IMG/VR virus record: IMGVR_UViG_3300037258_000301
Span: 32,001-96,000 of that record
Length of the DNA stretch: 64,000 nucleotides
DNA from: a virus
Direction: 5' to 3' (one strand)
Part shown: piece by piece, positions 28,301 through 35,908 of the stretch
Numbering within the stretch: the first letter of the stretch is position 1
How the letters are laid out: every line of letters begins with the position of its first letter
Made by a program: the position numbers and the translations under genes
The notes under the pieces: model-generated
Told to the model about the DNA's origin: nothing
The model's database searches: none
The model's input: only the letters and a program-made list of their open reading frames with translations

Positions 28301-28624
28301 GTCCTGGAGGGTGATCAGAATGAAGAAGGGCCTGAGGGATCCCTGGAGGTCGGTCCCACGGATGATGTGGATTCTCAGGGTGGGAATCCCAACGCCGTCG
28401 ATCCGAGCGGATTTGAGCAGAGTTCCGACGTGCAGGACGAAGAAGAGCCCGAGGTCGATGAGGATCAGGACTCCGACAATCCATTCGCCAAGGGAGATGC
28501 CTCTTCCGACGATGAGGACGAAACAGGCGAGGACGAAGACGAGGACGACGTTCCGCCGAAGAAGGCCAAACCCCAAACCAAGCACTCGCTGCGCGATCGC
28601 GTCTTCGGACCTCGGAATAGGTGA
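25373..28624 (+). CDS. Prohead (capsid maturation) protease polyprotein with extra domains
   Basis: N.N.D.F, GKPVFVNH.N, RG.IIDA, TSMG...CSVC...C.H, FFENS.LVE.PADP protease core (about aa 1-225), then antisense-HNH-derived segment, glycosylase-like domain, zinc ribbons, acidic tail. Confidence 0.8.
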   Translation: MLKYATLEILDARMGHPNVRLRTAHRAVFNYIPREGYLYVRSRAISSRTNDNYDHFSAEEIKGNGSTTGYKTFIGKPVFVNHHNEDHRRMRGVIIDAVLHKDRNPDGSPDTWSEVLMEVDAVRFPKLAQAILAGHIDRTSMGVDVERSTCSVCANVAQTPSDYCRHIPAMKGKRYQSVDYKTGAKKTNLVYEKCAGLKFFENSLLVEEPADPSAYLLDHPVLGPGLEHMLPRTASSNGRDGHVGHSEAVSNFFHGQLTTPGSTTPNRHPRQQLPLDESNILFSQSRPGVAGAGQASSANHHVSRVVGVGPQQPVVAVMAEGDIAGMPYHVARRNGTDQRFVAPPMGAHRGSLGVVQGQTAVPVAESPASPQMASIRTTAGVDAGQVAFQDGFGSNESAMSGPADHSLHISRTAMHRADALIMRKTRAADLSDEDLVDTDEELKQRARMLGKPGQVSKIHKTVQQERKRRVGAVDPRIFDVPADASPGLPRYTSAGACPACRGTDTIRVESVRECGECGHLWMVAMVDPDQLLVQAAPRHQDPAQHPWFQANPVSHQHVVDMWNKATPDEKNSGRRWYPDAHLVAQSLGKLHPDHPLNGGTKTEKHAYVDNPDETDQKHTHMAAGVLATYSPQSPWTTNMHNAARALHEGKGIGGKGGGVMASQQQSDSASRIMSGEKYTDVLKGPKVSDFAHLIEHGGDEHADDPHVVVDRHALSVATGKRMTEEDYNSFPKSNRHYYGHVVQAYKDAADQIGRKGGEPIAGHQVQAATWLAQQRHNQASERAIQGQDSNVDRLNKGRERSRQRAEEGWSQFKQEHGLSIGGEPGTGYTARKLAYGEQKAPADVDTLRDESCPICGESTAAYDGRNCGVCGWEAPPKMFADPDLEMAKQVDLRKDVLDPSGQDGTDVGDFADESAGGLEVGEDQPDLVCDNCGTTFDAGQPQTTNTEDPEAGDRGDGPAEGDVCPECGVGELVPPDVLEGDQNEEGPEGSLEVGPTDDVDSQGGNPNAVDPSGFEQSSDVQDEEEPEVDEDQDSDNPFAKGDASSDDEDETGEDEDEDDVPPKKAKPQTKHSLRDRVFGPRNR
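26048..26587 (-). mobile_element. HNH homing endonuclease nested antisense inside the protease ORF
   Basis: C.LWTG...GYG, SHR.GYE...GPIP...VRHTCD.PLC.N..H...G..ADN..DM, then C-terminal HTH ending GRTWKHVL; extended -10 TGCTAATAT 7 nt before ATG 26587 (ORF can extend to 26617). Confidence 0.9.
28589..28624 (+). promoter_or_regulatory. Putative late promoter motif (CTGC-N22-GAA-N3-GTGA)
   Basis: Matches the recurring motif, upstream of the scaffold gene. Confidence 0.5.
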
Positions 28625-28658
28625 CCCACCAGCAATGATCGAAGGAGAAGAGTAGATC

Positions 28659-29576
28659 ATGGCCATGCGTCCCACGCTTCAGGCGCTTGCTGAACAGCAG
28701 CAGGAACTGAATGCTCTCCGCAACACTGTCGGTGCTCAGGCTGCCCAGCTCACTCGGCAGGCCAGCCAACTCGCCGCACAGGGCACCACCATCGAGCGTC
28801 TCGGGCGTGGCCTGTTCTCGCTGGCCTCCATGGCGGGCGGTGACGTGCAGTCCAAGATTGCCTCGGCCATGCTCAAGCGGGCCGACGTGCAGAACCCGGC
28901 CCAGCCGGTACCTGAACCGCCGGCCGGACCGCCCACCGAGTCCACCCAGGAAGCGGAAACTCCGGAAGCGTTCGCCAACGTTCAGGATCCCGGTCTCGTT
29001 CCTGGATCCACCAATGACGTGGCAGCCGATGCCACCACCACCTCCTACACGCCGGGTATGGATATCGCCAGCCAGCCCTTCCACCAGCTCATCGACGTCA
29101 CCCAGCCAGTCGACGGAACACAGAACCCGCGCCCGCTTCAGGAGACCAAGACGCTCACCGATGTGCGCGTGGGGGATCCGATGAACCCGCAGACCGCGTT
29201 CCCGCTCGGAGGCGAGTTCGCCAATGCGCAACGTACCTCCAGCAAAACCGCAGCGGCCGATGCGTCCCGACGCACCATGGCCTCTCTGCGACTGGCTCGG
29301 CTGCGTCTTCAGGCCGGTACCGCCGAGGGCGAGTCGGACTTCGTGGTCGCCGCGATGATCGAAAAGGATGCTCAGGTGTCCACGGCCGCGATCGAGCAGG
29401 AAATCTCCACGCTGGAGAACGTGAAGAAGGCGGCATCCAGTCGTGCAGCCAACGCTCGACTGGTACCGAAGTCGGCCAACCGGCAGCCCCGCCCCTCCCT
29501 ACAGGGAGGCACTTCACACACCGCCAGTGCGGCTCCCGTGAGCACGGAGACTGAAGACGCCGACTTGTTCGATTAA
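28659..29576 (+). CDS. Putative scaffolding protein
   Basis: Between protease and capsid genes; coiled coils; KIA, KRA, KTA and HTA motifs; ends DADLFD. Confidence 0.6.
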   Translation: MAMRPTLQALAEQQQELNALRNTVGAQAAQLTRQASQLAAQGTTIERLGRGLFSLASMAGGDVQSKIASAMLKRADVQNPAQPVPEPPAGPPTESTQEAETPEAFANVQDPGLVPGSTNDVAADATTTSYTPGMDIASQPFHQLIDVTQPVDGTQNPRPLQETKTLTDVRVGDPMNPQTAFPLGGEFANAQRTSSKTAAADASRRTMASLRLARLRLQAGTAEGESDFVVAAMIEKDAQVSTAAIEQEISTLENVKKAASSRAANARLVPKSANRQPRPSLQGGTSHTASAAPVSTETEDADLFD

Positions 29577-29586
29577 AGGTCACGGG

Positions 29587-30009
29587 ATGGCCGATGTGAC
29601 GTCCTCCGAGGAAGTGCAGACGCCTATGTTCGTGTCAGCAGCAGAGTTTCACGACTCCATGTCCCGGACCCACCACCAACTGGCGCAGGTCTGGGACCAT
29701 ATCGGAAGATTGGAAGCACGAATGACTGACTTCACCACGGCGCTGTCGGACTTGGATGCCGCCGACGCCAGCATCATCAGCGAGCTGTCCGCTCTTGTCA
29801 CCCAGGTGCAGACCCTCCAGGGTCAGATCACCAGTGGTGACACTGCTGCCGCTGCGGCGCTGGCTGCTGAGATCGAGACTCGGGTCACCGCCCTCAACAG
29901 CGCGGTACAGAGTGCCCAGTCCACCCTCAATCCGGCCCCGTCCGGTGATGCGAGTACTGCTCCCACCGATCCCACCACTCCGACCGACCCGGCTGCTCCT
30001 GCGGCCTGA
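29587..30009 (+). CDS. Coiled-coil protein with Pro/Thr-rich tail
   Basis: Heptad pattern; PTDPTTPTDP; start uncertain. Confidence 0.55.
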   Translation: MADVTSSEEVQTPMFVSAAEFHDSMSRTHHQLAQVWDHIGRLEARMTDFTTALSDLDAADASIISELSALVTQVQTLQGQITSGDTAAAAALAAEIETRVTALNSAVQSAQSTLNPAPSGDASTAPTDPTTPTDPAAPAA

Positions 30010-30023
30010 CGGTTCCTCGAACG

Positions 30024-30066
30024 GAAACCCCCAACGCTGTGGACCTCGGCGTTGGGGGTTTCTTTT
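30024..30066 (+). terminator. Intrinsic terminator
   Basis: 14-bp stem gaaacccccaacgc/gcgttgggggtttc followed by tttt. Confidence 0.85.
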
Positions 30067-30176
30067 GCCCTCACTGTCGTGTCTTGACCTCTACCGGTGG
30101 GAACGAGCAGAGGAGGGAGTCCTTCCCGGAAGCCCCTTCTGGATTGAATAACTCCAATGAAGGGATGGGAGGGAAA

Positions 30177-30698
30177 ATGATCCGGACACCGCTGAATCTC
30201 AGCTACATCAAGCGTGAGTTGCGCCCGCTGTACGGCTGGTCTCAGGCGACGCCGAAGGCTGCTTTCGTCGATCCTTCGTGGACGTCATCCGTTGACATCT
30301 ATCCCGGCATGGTCATGCAGAAGATGTTGGGCGACAACGTCACTCTGCTCAATGCCTCGGGTACCCCGTATGGTCTCGCATCGTTCCTGATGGCCCCCAA
30401 GCTGGGCATCGACGAGATCACCGAGACAGGCGTCAACGCCTGCGCGGTATGGGTTATGGGTCCCGACGCCGAGTTCGAGATCCTCGCGCCGTCATTCGAC
30501 ACCACGGCGACCTGGACCGACCCCGGCAACGGCACCACCGCCTTGGTCTACGCGTACACCACGGGGGCCTATCAAGGCGTGTTGTGCCCCTCCACTGGTT
30601 CGCAGGGCTCCGTCAGTGCACTTCCGGTCGCCCGGCTGTTGCAGGTGGCCTCGACATCCAAGATCCGTATCGGCGGCCTTCAGGCCCGGACTGCGTGA
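30177..30698 (+). CDS. Capsid decoration/cement protein (putative)
   Basis: Immediately upstream of the MCP; GGGAGG RBS; recalled resemblance to cluster C decoration proteins. Confidence 0.6.
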   Translation: MIRTPLNLSYIKRELRPLYGWSQATPKAAFVDPSWTSSVDIYPGMVMQKMLGDNVTLLNASGTPYGLASFLMAPKLGIDEITETGVNACAVWVMGPDAEFEILAPSFDTTATWTDPGNGTTALVYAYTTGAYQGVLCPSTGSQGSVSALPVARLLQVASTSKIRIGGLQARTA

Positions 30699-30708
30699 GG
30701 GAGTGACG

Positions 30709-31809
30709 ATGACGAACACTTTGGTTCGCACCAGCGCCCTCGGGGGCCGGATCGCGAAGAAGTCTGACGACTACGTGTCGCAGATCCTGGCCCGTCGTGA
30801 GAAGAGCGGTGCGCTCTCCCACGAAGCCAAGGTCGACAAGCTGGCACTGATCCTCTCCGACGAGAGCAACGGCATCAAGCGTCTCGGCGTCGGCATGATC
30901 GGCCCGATTCAGCTCAAGCTGCGGTATCAGGGCATCACCCGCAACGTGCTCATCGAGGACCCGGTCACCCCGGGCACCCCCGTCGAGTACGACGTGTGGG
31001 ACGACCTTGGCCAGGCATACATCATGTCCGGGCACGAGGGCGAAGTCCGCATCACCCCGTTCGAAGGCAAGCGCGTTCCGATCCGGTTCTTCCGTATCGC
31101 CTCGCGCCCCGCGATCCGCAAGGAAGACCTGTTCTACCTGCGGATCAACGCTGTCGAGCAGGCGCAGGACGAGACCAAGCAGGCCATCCTCAAGCAGGAA
31201 GACTCGCGGCTGCTCGTACTGCTCCAGTCCGCCGCGAATGCCTACGCCACGCGGCCGGACCACGTCATCACCCCGAACCACAACGTCACGGAGGCCAGCG
31301 GATACTTCACCCCCGCCGGCCTGTACGAGGCAGTTCGTCAGACCGACATGCACGAGTTGCAGTCGGCCCGCATTCTGGTGAACCCCTACGACTTCCGTGA
31401 CTTCTACCAGTGGGACATCAACACCACTGGCTGGGCCTTCAAGGACAGGGTGGTGGCCGGAGAGACCATCACCACGTTCGGTGAGTTCCAGTTCCAGCGG
31501 TCGATCATGGTCCCCGCCGGCACGATGTACCTCACCCCGGAGCCGAACTTCCTCGGCGTCTTCCCGGTTCTCTACTCGCTCGATGTCGAGGAGAACCACA
31601 ACGTGGAGGCGTTCTGGAAGGGCTGGGTGTTCGACGAGATGGTCAACATGACCATTCTCAACCCGCGTGGCATCGCTACCGTCACGAAGGCGTCGGAAGC
31701 GCTCTACTCCGACCCGACGTCGCTCGGTGGTGCCGCAACCGGCCTCACCTCGCCGCCGGCCACGGAGTCCGCGCTCAACCCGCCAGGCGCCTACACCACC
31801 TGGCCGTGA
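30709..31809 (+). CDS. Major capsid protein
   Basis: Strong codon bias, followed by a terminator; PIQLKLRYQGITRNVL.ED, KQED.RL, GWVFDE...ILNPRG (HK97-fold MCP ending). Confidence 0.9.
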   Translation: MTNTLVRTSALGGRIAKKSDDYVSQILARREKSGALSHEAKVDKLALILSDESNGIKRLGVGMIGPIQLKLRYQGITRNVLIEDPVTPGTPVEYDVWDDLGQAYIMSGHEGEVRITPFEGKRVPIRFFRIASRPAIRKEDLFYLRINAVEQAQDETKQAILKQEDSRLLVLLQSAANAYATRPDHVITPNHNVTEASGYFTPAGLYEAVRQTDMHELQSARILVNPYDFRDFYQWDINTTGWAFKDRVVAGETITTFGEFQFQRSIMVPAGTMYLTPEPNFLGVFPVLYSLDVEENHNVEAFWKGWVFDEMVNMTILNPRGIATVTKASEALYSDPTSLGGAATGLTSPPATESALNPPGAYTTWP

Positions 31810-31825
31810 TCGGTCCGCTCCACGG

Positions 31826-31857
31826 AAGCCCCCACCGTCTCGGCGGTGGGGGCTTTC
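31826..31857 (+). terminator. Intrinsic terminator after MCP
   Basis: 12-bp stem aagcccccaccg/cggtgggggctt followed by t. Confidence 0.8.
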
Positions 31858-31931
31858 CCCTCGATCGCGAAGAAGAACCACTGTAGGGCCCAGTCATGGA
31901 CCGGAATCAATCATTGAGCAAGGAGGTCCCC

Positions 31932-32459
31932 ATGCCCACCATGGTGCGTAATCACCAAGCAGGACCCACCACCTTCAGCGACGACGCGACCGGCCAGAAG
32001 CCCGTCGTGTGGCAAGGCGCGGGTGATGTGAACCGACAGGACGTCCGCCCCATCCCGGATGCCTTCCTGGAGTCGGTGGCGTTCCTACAGGCCGTGGAGA
32101 ACGGCATTTTCTCCATCATCGATAGTGAACGCGACCGTACCGCCATTCAGGATGCGCACCGCCGGCAGTTCCAGGCCGCGCAGGAGCGTCAGCAGAGTGC
32201 CGGTACCGAATACTTCGACTCCAAGCCGAACGAAGACATCATCGTCACCTCCTGCATCGGGCCGGCCGGCAAGACCGGCAAGCTCTGTGGTGAAACGGTC
32301 ACGCTGACCGCCCAGCAGCGCGGCAACACCGTGCCGTTGTGCATCAAGCACAGCTACCTCAAGGTGCAGTTCATCCCGACCGAGACCGGCAAAGTCGTCG
32401 ATGGCAAGCCCGAGGTGACGTGGTCGCGGCCCACGCTCGGCCAGCCTCTCGACCACTGA
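31932..32459 (+). CDS. Hypothetical virion-region protein
   Basis: AAGGAGG RBS; C..C..C..H cluster. Confidence 0.7.
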   Translation: MPTMVRNHQAGPTTFSDDATGQKPVVWQGAGDVNRQDVRPIPDAFLESVAFLQAVENGIFSIIDSERDRTAIQDAHRRQFQAAQERQQSAGTEYFDSKPNEDIIVTSCIGPAGKTGKLCGETVTLTAQQRGNTVPLCIKHSYLKVQFIPTETGKVVDGKPEVTWSRPTLGQPLDH

Positions 32460-32478
32460 TCCCTCAGAGAGGCTTGTC

Positions 32479-32910
32479 ATGACCGAGGAGAAGGCTCGCG
32501 ACTACCGCAACGCCGTCATCGCGGAGGTAGTGCCGGGAGTTGACCCGGTAGTGCACCAGGCTCACGCTGACTGGATGTCCGGCAACGTCGACACCTCCGA
32601 CACGGCCGACCTCATCCAGAATCAGGTCGCGGCCATCTCCCCGGCATTCGCCCTACATCGACGCAACGCCGCTGTCCAGGCCGCCCGCGCACTTGACCCA
32701 CATGACCTGGGTGTCTCTCGACGGGCGGTAGTGCTTCCTCACGATCACGAGGAGGCGCAGAAGGTACGTCAGGGCCTCGTCAGGGCGGCCGACTACGCCG
32801 TGGATCACCCGATCATCCTGGGCGGTCCTGCCGGCGACAACAGCCTTATGGCCGCCGAGATGGTGCGCCTCACCAAGGATGACGGAGCAGCGCCCGAGGA
32901 GGCTCGATGA
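32479..32910 (+). CDS. Hypothetical protein
   Basis: GAGG RBS. Confidence 0.65.
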   Translation: MTEEKARDYRNAVIAEVVPGVDPVVHQAHADWMSGNVDTSDTADLIQNQVAAISPAFALHRRNAAVQAARALDPHDLGVSRRAVVLPHDHEEAQKVRQGLVRAADYAVDHPIILGGPAGDNSLMAAEMVRLTKDDGAAPEEAR

Positions 32911-33569
32911 CGGCCAGCAAGACCCCGAATCTGGGGTTGATGAACCCGGTGGGATCCGATGACTTCGAGGTCGATGACTTCTCCACCACGTTCGGGATCA
33001 TCGACCAGAACCCCGGCAGTCTCACCGTCGCGAACCAGGCATCACGTCCACTGGGGTGGGGGTCGGCTCAGAACGGGCGTCACGTGTGGCAGGCCGACCA
33101 GAACATCGAGTGGGTGTGGTATCAGCCGAATCCCTCCATCGGAGGCGTCTGGCAGCGTACGTTCCCCAAGGGGTGGCTCGGCGGCGTGAGTGGTGGCAAC
33201 GCCTCAACCGGCAGCAACGCGTTGGGGCAAGGACCCGTCGTGCTCTCTCTGACCGTGCTGGTGCCGGGTGGACGTCCCATCTTGCTCATGCATGGTCACG
33301 GCGACGTCAACAACGACACCACGGGCACCACGGCCCTGTCGGTGTGGCAGAACGGTAGCCTGATTCGCTTCGACTACTCCATGGGTCGCCATGCGTCCTC
33401 CCCGCAGACGAACTCGGTCTATGGCATGTCGTACTTTCTGCTCAATCCGGCACCCACCACCCAGCAGTCGGTGAACTACCAACTTCAGCTCAACACGTGG
33501 ATCAACCTCCCATCCAATGCGGGCATCTCCTCTGTCGAGGCTGCCACGATGGACATTTTCGAGATGTGA
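32907..33569 (+). CDS. Short fibre-like/minor structural protein
   Basis: N-terminal TPNLGL..P...D motif typical of fibre anchors; beta-rich C-terminus. Confidence 0.5.
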   Translation: MTASKTPNLGLMNPVGSDDFEVDDFSTTFGIIDQNPGSLTVANQASRPLGWGSAQNGRHVWQADQNIEWVWYQPNPSIGGVWQRTFPKGWLGGVSGGNASTGSNALGQGPVVLSLTVLVPGGRPILLMHGHGDVNNDTTGTTALSVWQNGSLIRFDYSMGRHASSPQTNSVYGMSYFLLNPAPTTQQSVNYQLQLNTWINLPSNAGISSVEAATMDIFEM

Positions 33570-33570
33570 C

Positions 33571-34464
33571 ATGACCACTCCGCTGATCGCCAATATCAAC
33601 GATCCCCAATACATCAACCAGTCGGCAACTGACGTATTGGCATTGCAGATCATTATTGGTGGAGTACCAGCCGATCCGGATGAGCAAGCCGTCAATGTCA
33701 CCATGACCAATCAGTCCACCAGTGCGGTGATCTTCTCTCGGGCGGCTGATCGGGTGGCCAATCAGACCGGCGAATACAACCTGACACTGTTGGTGTCCGA
33801 CACGGCCATCGTGGGCAACTACACCGTGCAGTGGGCGTATTCGATCAATGGCAGCGCGGTCACCTACGACACCTATATCACCGTCGGGCCCTACTCGCCG
33901 ACCTACGCGTCACTGGTGCCGGCGATGCGCGCCATCGTCGAGCAGGTCTGGATGCGCTTCGCCGATGAGTTCGACTCTCCGGCCGGCGGCCCGAACCTTC
34001 AGACCTACTACCAGTCCCGGTTCAACCGAGGCCGGATCGCCGAGCTACTCAAGATCGCTTGTGGGCGGTTGAATACCCAGTCCCAGCCTTACATGACCTA
34101 CACCATCGACGGACAGCAGGGAGCGAGCTTCCCGGTGGCCCAATGGGGTCCCCTGTTGGAGCAAGCCTGCTACGTCGAGACGATCAAGCATCTGCGTCGG
34201 TCCTACCTGGAGCAGCCCGACTTCCAGGGTGGTGGCATCACCCGCGTCGACCGACAGTCCTACTTCGATCGCTGGGGTGAGGTGCTCAAGGAAGAGCAGC
34301 AGAGCCTCAAGGACCAACTCGACGTGTTCAAAATTGCTCAGATGCGCCTCGGGCAACCCCGAGTCCTAGTAGCAGGCGGAGTTTTCGGCAGATATTCTCC
34401 GACCAGGTACAGTGCCGGCATGGCCGCAGCTCGGGGATACTTTCTCTGGTCTGCCGGGTACTAA
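33571..34464 (+). CDS. Head-tail adaptor/neck protein (Ig-like N-domain)
   Basis: Position after capsid genes; beta-rich N-domain and helical C-domain. Confidence 0.6.
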   Translation: MTTPLIANINDPQYINQSATDVLALQIIIGGVPADPDEQAVNVTMTNQSTSAVIFSRAADRVANQTGEYNLTLLVSDTAIVGNYTVQWAYSINGSAVTYDTYITVGPYSPTYASLVPAMRAIVEQVWMRFADEFDSPAGGPNLQTYYQSRFNRGRIAELLKIACGRLNTQSQPYMTYTIDGQQGASFPVAQWGPLLEQACYVETIKHLRRSYLEQPDFQGGGITRVDRQSYFDRWGEVLKEEQQSLKDQLDVFKIAQMRLGQPRVLVAGGVFGRYSPTRYSAGMAAARGYFLWSAGY

Positions 34465-34476
34465 AAGTCCTATTTG

Positions 34477-35241
34477 TTATAGGACCCAACCCCAGGTTAT
34501 TCTCGCTACTACCTTGCGCACCACTTCACGTTTGAGCCCGAGAGAATCGGCTAATCTCTGCTGACTGATGGTCTCCTCGGCATATCGTCGGCGGATGAGA
34601 CGTACCAGATCTTCATTGATCACTGCGTTGTAGTGATCAATACCTCGGGGCGCTCGTTGTCGCTTCTTGAATACCATATCGTCTGAATTGTCCTGATGTG
34701 TGCCCTTGAACCAGTGTGTCGGATTTTGACACGGTGGGTTGTCGCAGGTATGACAGACGATCTCTCCGGCGACTAGCTGATCATCTGGATTGGCAAAATC
34801 CCAGCCGAAGCGATGAGCGCGAGCAGTGACGGTCTTCTCGTCCTCCCGCCAAGACATAAGACCGTAACCGTCCCTGTCCCGAGATTGCTCTTGCCAAGGC
34901 CAGCAGTCATCGGGTCCGAGTACGGTGAACTTGGATCGGTAGAGGTCTGCCGGAGTGCGATCGAGATTGCGGCTCACCAAGACCCAGTGGTCCATGTTCT
35001 GACACGCCTTGAAGCCGCAGGTGTTGGAGAGCTTGTACCCCTCGGGAATGAAGTCGTGAGTCAATTCCCACCCGAATCGATGGGCACCCGTATCGATGTG
35101 TCGTTCACCTACGGTGTAGGTGAACTTGGCATTGCCGTACTTATCGACCTTCGCACTCCACCCGATACACCCCCGACTGCCGTCTGGTCCGAACACGAGC
35201 TTGGCAACGTAGCGCTGCTCAGAAGTCAGTGACGTAGACAT
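34477..35241 (-). mobile_element. Free-standing HNH endonuclease with tandem HNH-like repeats
   Basis: Two C..W...YG...AHRFGW units; the second is intact (VCHTCDNPPCQNP.H...GT..DN..DM); C-terminal HTH; -10 TAAAGT 7 nt before ATG. Confidence 0.9.
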
Positions 35242-35280
35242 GGGCCGTACTTTACCGCGTGCCGAACTTACCGCCCGCTA

Positions 35281-35892
35281 CTAGCTCTCCAGCACATGGA
35301 AGTAGTCGACCTGCACCTGGGCTGAGCCGCTGACCGGACCTTTCGAATTGATCTGGAACGTCGGGTGCATGGGTCCCGACGGGATGTGGTCGGTGTAGGT
35401 GTGCCACGCGATGCCATCCACCGACAAGATGATGGACTTTGCGCTCCAGACCACCCGGTAGGCGTGCCACGCGGTCATGTCCAGCACGCGCTCACCGGCA
35501 TAGTCGGAGGTGTTCACTCCATTCACCGCGTAGTGGTTCCAGGACTGGTAGGACTTCCGGGTGGGGTCGTAGCACTCGACGTAGTCAATCTCACCAGCCA
35601 CCGGCCAGGACGAGTTCAGTTCGGGCCAGAAGAGTAGGACGGGTGCCAGGTTCGCATCCAGAGACGCGGGAAACCGAGCCCGAGTCTCGAACACCCCGTA
35701 GATGAACTGAGTCTTGCCGGCCACTCCGGCGACTCCCGTGGGACTCGCGTTCAGGTTGAGACAGCCGTTCCCCACCACCACCTGGTCGGTAACCCAGTCT
35801 TCTCCCGAGCCGACCCCGTTGTAGGTCCCCCACAGGTTTGTGTCGAGTTCGGCGCCGAGGAAGTCGTCACTTCCGGTGAGCATGGTGGTCAT
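35281..35892 (-). CDS. GH16 glycoside hydrolase
   Basis: DDF.G..LD...W, YG.FE.RA, WP..GEIDYVE catalytic motif, WH.Y.V.W, VDYF. Confidence 0.85.
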   Translation of the reverse strand: MTTMLTGSDDFLGAELDTNLWGTYNGVGSGEDWVTDQVVVGNGCLNLNASPTGVAGVAGKTQFIYGVFETRARFPASLDANLAPVLLFWPELNSSWPVAGEIDYVECYDPTRKSYQSWNHYAVNGVNTSDYAGERVLDMTAWHAYRVVWSAKSIILSVDGIAWHTYTDHIPSGPMHPTFQINSKGPVSGSAQVQVDYFHVLES

Positions 35893-35908
35893 CGCGTCAT
35901 CTCCAGGA

